Made by a program: the position numbers and the translations under genes. Below, piece after piece: positions 26,754 through 36,547 of a stretch of DNA of 64,000 bases. The stretch spans positions 64,001 to 128,000 of the IMG/VR virus record IMGVR_UViG_3300020411_003715; one strand, 5' to 3'. The stretch is from a virus. The notes below the pieces were generated by a model. The model worked only from the letters and a program-made list of their open reading frames with translations, was not told the DNA's origin and did not search any database. Position 1 is the stretch's first letter. Each line of letters starts with the position of its first letter.

Positions 26754-27116
26754 ATGGCGATAGTCGTAGAAAACAGCAGGGTTCCAAAACTAGTGAGTTG
26801 GTTTTTTCCCGTGGCCGGGTTTACCTTTGGCCCCTTTATCTTCATTGATAAGAGCATCCAAAGAGGAACTCGACAGTTCGACACTTTGCTTAATCATGAG
26901 AAGATACATGTGGTGCAGCAGTACGAGCTTTTGTTCATTGGTCACTGGTTTCTGTATTTGCTGTTTACCCTTGTCGGCCTAATCAAGTACCGGAGCGTTC
27001 ACAAGGCATACCGCGAAAACGTGTTTGAGTTGGAGGCCTATAACAACCAAGATGACTTGCTATATTTACATAGGCGCAAGCTATACTCCTGGTTTAAGCT
27101 CATTTGGAAGAAGTAG
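26754..27116 (+). CDS. HExxH zincin-like small protein
   Basis: AGGAGG RBS; GFTFGPFIF, LNHEKIHVVQQ, VFELEAY. Confidence 0.8.
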   Translation: MAIVVENSRVPKLVSWFFPVAGFTFGPFIFIDKSIQRGTRQFDTLLNHEKIHVVQQYELLFIGHWFLYLLFTLVGLIKYRSVHKAYRENVFELEAYNNQDDLLYLHRRKLYSWFKLIWKK

Positions 27117-27139
27117 TCCCATTGTGTTTGGAGTAACCC

Positions 27140-30100
27140 ATGCCAATTAGCTCAACCGACGTTAGCAATATAATCGGCGGACAGGTAGGGATGTTCAGCG
27201 CATCTGCGCAGTACGCCCAAGCCATATCATCTCAGTATGGGTTCGCCCCTTCCGGTGCCCCTTTCGGCCAAGACCCAAGAATGGCTGCCAATATCCAAAT
27301 GGGCGGCGCGATGGGGAGTGGTCTCGCCCGAGCACCCGGGATGGCTCTCGGCGGTATTGGGCTGATGAGTATGTTCGGGATGGCTCCCCGAATGTTTGAT
27401 CCCTTCACCTCTACAATACATGCGGGGGCAATGGGCATGCGTGCAGGAGGTGTAGGGGGAGCTATTGGTGCGGGTGGAATGGCGTTGGCAGGTTACGGTG
27501 CTTTAGCCGGAGCCGGTAGTTGGATGACAAACCAGATCGCAACTGGCGCTCAGAACAGAATGATGACAACGGGCGCTATCAACAATGTGTTCCCCGGCAT
27601 GGGCATGCAAGGGTTGAACATGATGGCGGGCCAAGTTGAAAGCATGTCTCGACAAGGCATGGGATCTATCCGCGAGCTTACAGGTGTGATGCAAGGCGGA
27701 GCCATGTCCGGTGCCTTGGACACAAGTACGCTTTCCCAGTTCTCCATGTCGTTTAGTAAGTTAGTCAATAACGTTCGTAACGTTGCGACGGCCCTAAATA
27801 CTTCCATGCAGCAAGCGCAACAGGCTATGCAGCAAGTGAAGTCCATCGGCATCAATTCAGATCAAGCGGCCGGCTTCCTTGGAACAGCCCGAGCATTCGG
27901 TGCAACAGCAGGAGTGTCCCCAGGCGCAATGATGAACTTTGCGGCGGGAGGAGCCTCCTTTGCAAGACAAGCCGGAATAGACCGAGCTGTTGGTGCTACG
28001 GGAGCTATTACACAGGCAGGGATATACGGGTTAGCGCAGAAACAAGGCATGGGCGGAATTTTGCCCGATTCCTACAGTAGACACATGCAAGGAGCATCTC
28101 GCTTCTTAATGGGAAGCCGAGGAAGAACAGTTTTAGGGGCAATGTTCGACCCCAATACTGGAGGGCTTGATCCACAGATGGCCCAACTCATGTCTGCGGG
28201 GGCCTTGACTAAGTCGGAGATACAGGCCGCATATAATAGGAATGTGACCGGCAACAGGGACATGTTCGGCGCACGTAGAGGAGAGTTGGCTGCATCATTC
28301 ATGTCTCAGTACGGGCCTCAAGCAGTTGGCGGGGCGCTAAACGCAATGACAGCCGGCTCGTCTAGACCGAGCATGCTTCAACAATCGCTTACTGGGCTCA
28401 CTCGAAGCGACATCCAAGGGCTCCAAACATTACGAGCTAATAGTGACGCACTATCAGGCCAGTTGATAAACGCTGCTCGTCAAGGGTTCAGAGAGGGACA
28501 GCAACAAATGTCCTTTGGCTCTGCCCTTGGTCAGCAGTGGGATAAGTTGATTAAGCCAATCAAAGATGAGTTCAGGCAGATTGGTGCGGGACTAACCAAG
28601 TCAATGATGGGCGCGTCCCAGCAAATGATGAGTGAGTTTGTTCGTCAGCCCAGCCTTCACGCTACCACTGGGCAGATGATGCAGCACATCTCTGCCACTC
28701 AGGGCGGCAACCGCGATTACATGTCTGCATGGAATGCCACCCAATCAAGACTTAATTACATTACCAACGCCGCGCCGAGTGATTCTTGGTCTGGGTACTT
28801 AGCAAGCAGATTGCCCTCGGGGTTCCGTCTCGGGAGGATGGCTCCGGGCACAACGCTTGATGAGCTACCCATGATGGGCTTTGGTACTGATAGCTATAGC
28901 CCTGGACAATCCCTGGCTCTTGGCGGGTTGGCTTTTGCTCCCGGCGGAAGAAACTACCTGGGCTGGGCAGGTCAGGGTATAAATCAATTAGGACGAGGAA
29001 TTGCTGCCCTTGGGGGCTCCCCGGCTTCTACTGGATTTATGGGTGCTGGTGGTATTGGCGGGCCGGGATCTTGGCTTCGCGGTGCTGGCAACTTGGTTCG
29101 CGGCGGTGGTTACGCTCTTAGGGGAATGGGTTTTCTCGGCAGGATCGCTGCACCAGCGCTCATTGCTGGTGACCTAATAACCAATGCGGCCCCAGCGGGA
29201 ATGAGGGCTTATGGTCAGACAGCCATATCCGAAGGAGCTATTACGGGTAATGAGCGCCGCCTCGCAATGTCATTAATCAACGCAGGAGTTATCGGGGAGG
29301 ACGGGTATTCCGATCTGCGCGTTGGAAGTATGGCGGGAGGAATCGGCAGCACCCCCGAGGGAATGACCCCATTAAGCGGTTTCGTGTCTGGACCATCAGG
29401 CGGACAAGGAGGGACGCAACGCTTCTTAACCAAGAAGGGCATGGAGGTATACGTTGGCGTCCAAGACGGGAGCAAAGAAAAAGAAGCGAGAAAGAAGCTT
29501 ATTAAGACCGATGGCGAAAGGGGCACTCCCGAGTCTGTGATTTCTTCTGTAAGGAGGATGATAAAGGACAATGAAAACTGGGAAGACATGCCTGCGTCCA
29601 AGCAGATAGGTGAGGTAACAAAACATATACAAAGCCTGGGGTATAAACGAATCACAACACAGGATGCGTTCTCTCTTGTTTCTGGCAAGGGCATCGTAAG
29701 CGATGAGATTCGTGCTTCAATGGAGCATGCCGATCCAAGCATTCTTCACGACAACGCGATAAAGCTCGCACGAGACACCCACCTTATCGGGGTGGGGTCC
29801 GACCTTGCGATGAGTACGGACGGAAAGCTTGACCACACAAAGTTTGGGGCGGAGCAGTTTACCGAGATGGCGGGAGCCTTTCAGAGGGCAGGCGGAAAAT
29901 GGATTAGCCTAGCGGGTATGCGGAGCAAGTTTGGTGACGACAAACAGCTTAACGAAATGGGCCTACTCCCACACAACTACCAAGATATGTCAGATGAAGA
30001 GAAGGCCATATTCATAGGAAATCGTGACCCGGCAGTGCTTGGCAACGTGTTCGCGGGCAGGTCGGACGCGTGGCAGGCTGTGGTTCGCGGAAGGGTAGCC

Positions 30101-31354
30101 AACAAAAGCAGAGCGGGAAGAATGGCCTGGGGCGTGGGATCGGCGGACAAGGATGATAACTTCAAATACGGCGTGGACAGCAAAAGGGGCCTCGGACGAA
30201 GCTGGGTAGCCGGTTTTGCGGCGACGTACTTTGATAACGGTGACAATATCGCAAGCCTAGCCGCCTTTAGGCGAAGGTACGCCCAGGCGGACGCGGATGG
30301 TAAAGCTGGAGTCTTGCGGGACTATGCGGCACAGCTTGGACACGACCCGACCTTTAGAAGAATGTCAGAGACAGGACAGGGCGGCCTCGGAGGTCCGGGA
30401 GCACTTTCAACAGCAAGGATGCTGTTAGCCGATGATGGCGAGTTTACTCTGGGTCAGGACCTCACCCAATCTTTTTACGCTAAAGATGTTCATGCCGTTA
30501 GGGAGGGATACCAGCGCCGCCGAAACGCTTTCAACGAATCCACAACGAGAGTGATAGGCGGAAACATCGCTATGCGCGCTTCCGGAGCGACAACGGCGGG
30601 ACTAGAGCATTACCAGGGGATCCAAAACATATGGGCACAGACGCCCACGGGTGATGGAACCAAGGGAACTATGGCTGCTCGGAGTCAGTTCATCAAGATG
30701 ATCCAGGCAAGAATGGAGGCGGGCTACTCAAACGCCACCGGTGCGCAGCACGCCGCAGCCGCAAAATATGGCGGCGCAATGACAATGCAAGATGCGCAAA
30801 GACTATATGCAGAGCTTATGGAGTCACCAGATGACGTCCATAGGGATATGGCCGCTGGTCTTGCGAACTTCATACAGACTCGACAGATGACGAGAAGCGC
30901 TGGCGGCGCAAGAAGAAGGGCCTCCCAAGTTCTTAGGAAGCTTGGCATCAAGGTAAGCGCTGAGGACAAGAGCTTCTTAAGAGGGAAGTCGGATGTTATG
31001 TCTGCGGCCCTTTCCGGAGAGATCATGAACATGGCTCAGCAGTCTCTCGAAGCACAGTTCGGTGCGAGTGGCTACACTACTGAGCAGATCAACGAGCGCC
31101 ATGCCGAACTTGTTACCGCCCTACGTAATAAGGGAGAAGGTGGGAAGTGGGACAGCTCCGACTGGGAGAACATTGTATCTAGTCAGGGTGGTATTCGTGG
31201 CGTTAGCCAAGGAACTGCCGGCGGGGGCCGAGGACAAGGACAACTTTCTAGCCTTGCCGATGACTTTGCCGCAGCACTTAGCACTGCGACCAGCGCCTTG
31301 AGAGGAAACAACATGACAAATCCGGATGGAACTCCGGGAAAGAGCCCCACATGA
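27140..31354 (+). CDS. Tape-measure-like protein (1404 aa)
   Basis: Very long Gly/Ala/Met/Gln-rich, largely helical protein heading the structural block; no catalytic motif recognised. Confidence 0.6.
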   Translation: MPISSTDVSNIIGGQVGMFSASAQYAQAISSQYGFAPSGAPFGQDPRMAANIQMGGAMGSGLARAPGMALGGIGLMSMFGMAPRMFDPFTSTIHAGAMGMRAGGVGGAIGAGGMALAGYGALAGAGSWMTNQIATGAQNRMMTTGAINNVFPGMGMQGLNMMAGQVESMSRQGMGSIRELTGVMQGGAMSGALDTSTLSQFSMSFSKLVNNVRNVATALNTSMQQAQQAMQQVKSIGINSDQAAGFLGTARAFGATAGVSPGAMMNFAAGGASFARQAGIDRAVGATGAITQAGIYGLAQKQGMGGILPDSYSRHMQGASRFLMGSRGRTVLGAMFDPNTGGLDPQMAQLMSAGALTKSEIQAAYNRNVTGNRDMFGARRGELAASFMSQYGPQAVGGALNAMTAGSSRPSMLQQSLTGLTRSDIQGLQTLRANSDALSGQLINAARQGFREGQQQMSFGSALGQQWDKLIKPIKDEFRQIGAGLTKSMMGASQQMMSEFVRQPSLHATTGQMMQHISATQGGNRDYMSAWNATQSRLNYITNAAPSDSWSGYLASRLPSGFRLGRMAPGTTLDELPMMGFGTDSYSPGQSLALGGLAFAPGGRNYLGWAGQGINQLGRGIAALGGSPASTGFMGAGGIGGPGSWLRGAGNLVRGGGYALRGMGFLGRIAAPALIAGDLITNAAPAGMRAYGQTAISEGAITGNERRLAMSLINAGVIGEDGYSDLRVGSMAGGIGSTPEGMTPLSGFVSGPSGGQGGTQRFLTKKGMEVYVGVQDGSKEKEARKKLIKTDGERGTPESVISSVRRMIKDNENWEDMPASKQIGEVTKHIQSLGYKRITTQDAFSLVSGKGIVSDEIRASMEHADPSILHDNAIKLARDTHLIGVGSDLAMSTDGKLDHTKFGAEQFTEMAGAFQRAGGKWISLAGMRSKFGDDKQLNEMGLLPHNYQDMSDEEKAIFIGNRDPAVLGNVFAGRSDAWQAVVRGRVANKSRAGRMAWGVGSADKDDNFKYGVDSKRGLGRSWVAGFAATYFDNGDNIASLAAFRRRYAQADADGKAGVLRDYAAQLGHDPTFRRMSETGQGGLGGPGALSTARMLLADDGEFTLGQDLTQSFYAKDVHAVREGYQRRRNAFNESTTRVIGGNIAMRASGATTAGLEHYQGIQNIWAQTPTGDGTKGTMAARSQFIKMIQARMEAGYSNATGAQHAAAAKYGGAMTMQDAQRLYAELMESPDDVHRDMAAGLANFIQTRQMTRSAGGARRRASQVLRKLGIKVSAEDKSFLRGKSDVMSAALSGEIMNMAQQSLEAQFGASGYTTEQINERHAELVTALRNKGEGGKWDSSDWENIVSSQGGIRGVSQGTAGGGRGQGQLSSLADDFAAALSTATSALRGNNMTNPDGTPGKSPT

Positions 31355-31755
31355 GAGTAGATAAGAACACAGCGGGTATTATTATCGCCCTAATAACTTC
31401 AGTTGCTGGCTTAGGCACAGCGCTCATAAATCACTACTCCACCAACGAGGGTGCTGTAGTAGAGAGTGAGAAGAAGAACCGTAAGGGCTACAATGCCACC
31501 CGAAGATCTATTGTGAAGGTCGCAGAGGACGTGGACGCAAATGCAAAGCGTATCGATATGCTTGAGAACCACATCATACTTCAAGACCAAACCATCAGGG
31601 CTCTTCTCAGTGGAAGGGTGCTTACGTCTGATCCTCCTCCGGTTCCAAAAGACTTGACTGCTGATAGGAAGCGGCGGAAGAAACGACCATCTACAAGAAA
31701 ACGTGCTGAGCCACCGAGTTATGACGTGACACAGTCTCAGGGAGGCGGAAACTAA
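31351..31755 (+). CDS. Membrane-anchored coiled-coil protein
   Basis: N-terminal TM AGIIIALITSVAGLGTALI, coiled coil, basic tail. Confidence 0.75.
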   Translation: MRVDKNTAGIIIALITSVAGLGTALINHYSTNEGAVVESEKKNRKGYNATRRSIVKVAEDVDANAKRIDMLENHIILQDQTIRALLSGRVLTSDPPPVPKDLTADRKRRKKRPSTRKRAEPPSYDVTQSQGGGN

Positions 31756-32111
31756 TGAGTATGGACGTAAAGGAAAGAGGCTTCGGGGCATACTTCAGCA
31801 CCCTTGACGCGCTATTCAAGAGAATGGGGCGACAGTCCGATGAAGTAGAAGATCACATCCAGAGCGATGCTGATGGTCTGGCTGAGTACAGTAGCACGGG
31901 CCCGGGCTATAATGAGATTACGACATTCTACAAGTTTGATGCCGGTGGTCACCACGTCAGGTTCTTAAACCTTGTTTCTCCTGATATTCTCTTAGTTCAC
32001 CAATCTAAGATGGTTGGCTTTTATCAGGTTATGGGTGGTCGTGAAGAGGTAAGAAATGTCCAACGGGATGTTAAAGACCTCATCGTAAAAGACGTCAATA
32101 TGAAGGTTTGA
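31755..32111 (+). CDS. Hypothetical protein
   Basis: TAATG overlap; 118 aa. Confidence 0.75.
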   Translation: MSMDVKERGFGAYFSTLDALFKRMGRQSDEVEDHIQSDADGLAEYSSTGPGYNEITTFYKFDAGGHHVRFLNLVSPDILLVHQSKMVGFYQVMGGREEVRNVQRDVKDLIVKDVNMKV

Positions 32112-32134
32112 GCCTTATCTTTGTGGAGCGGCGT

Positions 32135-33385
32135 ATGAGTGTAGACATAGAAAAGTTAGCCCGAAAGTGGAGTAGGGACAAGAAAGAGGAGGCGCAACGA
32201 AGAGCCGGCTTTTGGGCAGGCGCTTCTGCACCAGTTCTTGCTGGCCGTCACGGAAAAGGTCAGCATATATCCCCCTTTCAAGGAGTTCAGTTTGAGAGCG
32301 TACGGGACCTAACCAGAAATGTTCGAACCGGTGACGTTCTTCTCGTCGCAGATGGCAAAAGACCGTTTAGCGCGAAGAAGGCTCTTATCTCTATCGGCAC
32401 AGGGATACCTGATGGTTACCATGCCGCTGTCGTCGCCGGCGTCTCCAAGAAGAAGGGTGAGATTGAGATACTGGACCTCACCTTTAAGGGTTACCAGCGC
32501 AAGGCCATCGCAGCCAGCAATATAAACAGTTACTCCTTATTTAGAATAAGCGATCCGGCTAAACAAAAGGCTGTGGTCGATAACATGCATAGGCTGGTTA
32601 ATACACAGAAGCGATTAAATGCTGCTCTCAAAAGAGAGGGGATGAGTTCCCGCGCAATCAGAAAAGTTAATCGTGCGATGTACGCCGAGACTATTAATCC
32701 CGTAATTGGTGTTAGGGAACTCTTTGTTCCTTATGTCCAAGACAGATCGGTGCGTAACGCTAATTACGTAAAAAAGGTCGAGCGGGAACTTAAGTTTGTG
32801 TCTAGTAATATCAACGGTATTGCAAAAGACATGGTCGACTACTGGAAGCAGACGGGCAAGATCGATACCTCAAACCTTAAGCCTATCCAGCGAGTTTGCA
32901 CAAGTGTAGCCGCCTCTGTGGGTGTGCCCATCGGTGCGACATCTCACCCCAAATGGGCTGGGCCCAATGATATTCTTAGGGGAAAAGGTCTCAGGCCCAT
33001 TGGATATAAGGTCTCCCCGAAGCACACTAACTTTGTAAAGCTTTATGACGGACTCCTTAAGGTTATGCCTAATATCGTGAGGGGTGCTGCTGGGGTAGGT
33101 CTTGGTGGTTTTGTTGCAGGAACGATTGCTACGAGACAGGCACTGAAGCGTAGCGCTGAGCGTCGTGAAGCCAGGAAGGCTCGTGCAGAAAATAAGCTAA
33201 AAATGAAGAAACGCGTTCATGTAAAGGGGCATATGCGTGGAAGAAAGTACGTGAAGTCACACACAAAGATGGCCTACGTCTACGAGCGAATGTCGATGGA
33301 CGATCTACAAGATAGGGCGTATGCTCATGGACTAAGTAAGTCGGCTGCGATAATGGAAATTATCAAATCAAAGATTACGGAGTAA
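32135..33385 (+). CDS. Permuted papain-like (NlpC/P60, YiiX-type) amidase with an EKLA leader
   Basis: TGDVLLV...YHAAVV (His) precedes VCTSVA (Cys), then GPNDIL...LRPIG; C-terminal Gly-zipper and VKGHMR motif; GGAG before ATG 32135. Confidence 0.7.
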   Translation: MSVDIEKLARKWSRDKKEEAQRRAGFWAGASAPVLAGRHGKGQHISPFQGVQFESVRDLTRNVRTGDVLLVADGKRPFSAKKALISIGTGIPDGYHAAVVAGVSKKKGEIEILDLTFKGYQRKAIAASNINSYSLFRISDPAKQKAVVDNMHRLVNTQKRLNAALKREGMSSRAIRKVNRAMYAETINPVIGVRELFVPYVQDRSVRNANYVKKVERELKFVSSNINGIAKDMVDYWKQTGKIDTSNLKPIQRVCTSVAASVGVPIGATSHPKWAGPNDILRGKGLRPIGYKVSPKHTNFVKLYDGLLKVMPNIVRGAAGVGLGGFVAGTIATRQALKRSAERREARKARAENKLKMKKRVHVKGHMRGRKYVKSHTKMAYVYERMSMDDLQDRAYAHGLSKSAAIMEIIKSKITE

Positions 33386-33389
33386 TAGT

Positions 33390-34064
33390 TTGAGTAGTCC
33401 CGAACAATATAACGCGAATCAGATGGATATGGGCAGATTTACAGACGCCCAGGTCACACACCTCGTTGAATTCTGGCAAGAGCACAGAGGATTAACCGTT
33501 GACGGATATTGCGGACCCCAAACGCAAAGGGACCTTTTGCAGGACATGTTTGGTAACAGCGCTGTTCCTAGTAATCTAGGTCTTATGGCACTGGAGGTGG
33601 CAATCACGGAGATCGGTAATGGTGAATTGGGCGTTAACAATGCTGGGGATCATGTTGCTCGCTATTTTGGAGTCAGCGAAGACCGTGGCAGCTCTGCTAT
33701 TGGCTCTTGGTGCGCTGCTTTTGTTGGGTATTGTTGTGAGCGTGCAGCAGGTGACCTCGGTATTGAGTTACCCTTTCAAAGATCCGGCGGAGCGAAAGCT
33801 ACTTATAAAAGAGTGGGAGAGGCGGGACAATTTATTGAGGTAAGTGAGGCCCTTCCGGGAGACGTTGTCTGTTGGGATCGAGGCAAGCTTCTTCCCAACG
33901 GACAACCCTCTTGGCAGGGTCATATAGGCTTTGTTGAAAAGCTACAAGAGGGTATTCTTTATACTATTGAGGGGAACGTTGGACGTTTCCCGTCAAAAGT
34001 TAGACGGTTTATGCACGATATAGACAAAGAACCCAGACTCATTGGGTGCGCGAGGTTGCCATGA
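33390..34064 (+). CDS. PG-binding + CHAP/NlpC-P60 peptidoglycan hydrolase
   Basis: FWQEHRGLTVDGYCGPQT; WCAAFV, PGDVVCW, GHIGFV, TIEGN. Confidence 0.88.
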   Translation: MSSPEQYNANQMDMGRFTDAQVTHLVEFWQEHRGLTVDGYCGPQTQRDLLQDMFGNSAVPSNLGLMALEVAITEIGNGELGVNNAGDHVARYFGVSEDRGSSAIGSWCAAFVGYCCERAAGDLGIELPFQRSGGAKATYKRVGEAGQFIEVSEALPGDVVCWDRGKLLPNGQPSWQGHIGFVEKLQEGILYTIEGNVGRFPSKVRRFMHDIDKEPRLIGCARLP

Positions 34065-34783
34065 ACGCTTTGGAAAAATACGCAGCTAATAAGAAGCTCG
34101 CCACCCTGCTCAAGGAAGCGAAGATCGAGAAACTGGCCTGGGAGTCAGCAGACCCAGAAATCTCTGGCGACAAGCTGTTGATGGTCTTTAGAGGCTCAAA
34201 CCCAAAAACCATGACCATGGCTAAAGCCCGTGGGCTAAAGCCCGCTTTTGATGAAGAGCTTGGCGGTGGGTATAAGGCTTCACAAGAGATAACCGACCCG
34301 GCAAGAAAGAAAGAGATCTTAGCCGACCTCGTAAGAAAGCAAAAGAAAGCGAAGGACAGGCGCAGCGGGATCTTCGGAAGAAGGCCGTGGATCGGGAAAA
34401 AAAGAAAAAAGCGTTATGACTTTGAATCCGCACACTTAGATAAACTCACTGCCATGGCGGATAAGATGAAGAGTGCCGCCGCTAAAAAGAAACCGACCAA
34501 GAAGGTAGAACTTGAGCCGGACAGGCTGCGCAGGGCAATGGCCGGAGGAATGCTAGGCGGTGGTGCCGCGCTTCCAGCGGCCACCTTGTCCGCCCTGATT
34601 ACCAGAAACCCGCAGTTCCTCAAGGACATTGCCAAAGGGACCGCGAAAGGTGTAGGGGCAGGAGCGCTTTTGGGGCAAGCCTTCCCGATCATGAAGGGGA
34701 AGGACGATGGTCCAATGCGGCTGGTAAGAGAGACCAAGGGGCCTCGCAAAGGGAAGCTGGTCTTTGCCAGGGAAAACGAATAG
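34061..34783 (+). CDS. MNALEKYAA-leader protein 1 (Gly-zipper cargo)
   Basis: Leader at an ATGA overlap; GGMLGGG and GVGAGALLG segments. Confidence 0.85.
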   Translation: MNALEKYAANKKLATLLKEAKIEKLAWESADPEISGDKLLMVFRGSNPKTMTMAKARGLKPAFDEELGGGYKASQEITDPARKKEILADLVRKQKKAKDRRSGIFGRRPWIGKKRKKRYDFESAHLDKLTAMADKMKSAAAKKKPTKKVELEPDRLRRAMAGGMLGGGAALPAATLSALITRNPQFLKDIAKGTAKGVGAGALLGQAFPIMKGKDDGPMRLVRETKGPRKGKLVFARENE

Positions 34784-34785
34784 AT

Positions 34786-35214
34786 ATGAACGTACTAGAA
34801 AAATACGCGGCAAAGCGGCTTCTCATTAAGAAGTTAGCCTCAGCCAACCCGTTTCAGGTTAGCGCCTCGCATACTAGTAACCCGGCATTGAGTTGGCAAA
34901 AGCGGGATCGCCCAACCACAGGCGTCCGAAGGGCTCTACATAAGACAGAGGGTGCCACCGATAATCTCTTACGGCATGCTTACAGTAAAAATGCACCTTC
35001 AGGCGCACGACAAAGACCGCAGTCGAGCACTAATTTGAATGTAAAAACGGGCCCAATAAGCTTTGGCGGATCACTTAGAGGCGGCAAGATCTCCGGATAC
35101 AAAGTGGGACTGAGCGGGAACCTCACCAAAAACCTAAGCGGAAGAGCGTCAGTCAACGTGCCAGTTGGCGGGGGAAGCCCTAGATACTCAGCGGGCCTTA
35201 ATTGGAGATTTTAA
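34786..35214 (+). CDS. MNALEKYAA-leader protein 2 (beta-strand cargo ending YSAGLNWRF)
   Basis: MNVLEKYAAKRLLIKKLA leader; alternating-pattern C-terminal strands. Confidence 0.85.
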   Translation: MNVLEKYAAKRLLIKKLASANPFQVSASHTSNPALSWQKRDRPTTGVRRALHKTEGATDNLLRHAYSKNAPSGARQRPQSSTNLNVKTGPISFGGSLRGGKISGYKVGLSGNLTKNLSGRASVNVPVGGGSPRYSAGLNWRF

Positions 35215-35215
35215 T

Positions 35216-35548
35216 ATGAACGAACTAGAAAAATACGCAGCCAAGCGCAAGCTTGCCGCTGAGTTAATTAAGCGGGCCTATCTTGCTCGGATTGCGCAGG
35301 GCCTCAAGCACTTTGCAACGGGCGCTAGAACGCAAGCTAGAAAGGCGAGGAAATTCTTTATGGGTGGCGTGAGGTCTGGAAAGTACCGCCATAGTATGTG
35401 GAGCGCAAACCCCCTCCAACGGGCCGCGTACAATACTGGGAGAGCTTTGGGAAGAGGCGTCCCTGCAATAGGAAGAGGAGTCAATAGGGTGGGAACGCGA
35501 CTCAAGGACTATGGCAGTAGACTTATAGGAAGAGGAAGAATCGTATAA
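35216..35548 (+). CDS. MNALEKYAA-leader protein 3
   Basis: MNELEKYAAKRKLAAELIKRA; Arg/Gly-rich cargo. Confidence 0.85.
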   Translation: MNELEKYAAKRKLAAELIKRAYLARIAQGLKHFATGARTQARKARKFFMGGVRSGKYRHSMWSANPLQRAAYNTGRALGRGVPAIGRGVNRVGTRLKDYGSRLIGRGRIV

Positions 35549-36156
35549 TGAATGCTTTAGAGAAATACGCCGCCATGGGTAACTCACCCTTTACACGCCA
35601 GATGCTCAGCGGGAGCGGTCTCCCTGGTTACTCCAAGGGCGGGCCTGTGAAGAAAGATGGTTACCTGACTGACAAGAAGGGCAAGCCATACGCTCGTGTA
35701 CACAAGGGCGAGAAAGTAGTACCTCAAAAGAAAAAGGAAGCCTCAACCATGAATGCTTTAGAAAAGTATGCTGCTAAGCGAAAGCTTATTAGCGAACTCA
35801 CCAAGCAAGCTTGGCTACTCCAGGGCGGTAAGGCGCTTGCCACGAAAGCCTGGGGAGCAGCAAAGCCAGTCCTCTCGGCAATCGGAAAGCCTGTTAAACA
35901 AGTTGCAACCCTCCCAGGCCGAGTAGCTAACCGCCTCGCAAAGCCAGTGGGGCAATGGGCTAAACGTAACCCCAAAAAAGCGATAGCAATGGGGGGAACG
36001 GGCATGGGTGCCATGATCTCCGATGAGATGACGGACTGGACAGGCAAGAAAAGACGTGCGGATGCCAGAAGGGCTGCAAGGTGGGCCAAGCAGTCAACTG
36101 GCGCGGGCCAGAGAACTGGCACCTTCGTCCGAAGCACCCTCAATAAAAATAATTAG
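35548..36156 (+). CDS. MNALEKYAA-leader protein 4 (two in-frame leaders; internal start 35749)
   Basis: Leader at 35548 and again at 35749 after AAGGAAG. Confidence 0.85.
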   Translation: MNALEKYAAMGNSPFTRQMLSGSGLPGYSKGGPVKKDGYLTDKKGKPYARVHKGEKVVPQKKKEASTMNALEKYAAKRKLISELTKQAWLLQGGKALATKAWGAAKPVLSAIGKPVKQVATLPGRVANRLAKPVGQWAKRNPKKAIAMGGTGMGAMISDEMTDWTGKKRRADARRAARWAKQSTGAGQRTGTFVRSTLNKNN

Positions 36157-36166
36157 GGGTGACTCT

Positions 36167-36547
36167 ATGAGCCCATTGGAAAAATATGCAGCTAAGAAGC
36201 TTCTTATTACGAAGCTTGCGTCGAATGCCCTTAGGCTCGGAAAGAAGAAGGCTGTCCGTGTTATGGAGGCGATCACCAAAAGAAGTAAGTCCGTCAAAGA
36301 GACTCGTGAAGCCATGCCTACCGCCATGCGGAAAGTGCTGGGCAAAGAGAAGATCGTCAAGAACCTAGCTGAGCTTCCTCGGGAAGTAGCGAGGACCGCC
36401 AGGAAGATAGAGAATAAACTCGGGCCAAACAAGGGGCTGGAATATGCATTTGCTCAGCTAGCTAAAGGTACGAAGCACCCAAGCTTTAGAGGCAAAGCGA
36501 AGTCCGGCCCTGATTGGAACAAACGACCCAAGAAGAGATCAGTATGA
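36167..36547 (+). CDS. MNALEKYAA-leader protein 5
   Basis: MSPLEKYAAKKLLITKLA; AGGGG RBS; Lys-rich. Confidence 0.85.
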   Translation: MSPLEKYAAKKLLITKLASNALRLGKKKAVRVMEAITKRSKSVKETREAMPTAMRKVLGKEKIVKNLAELPREVARTARKIENKLGPNKGLEYAFAQLAKGTKHPSFRGKAKSGPDWNKRPKKRSV

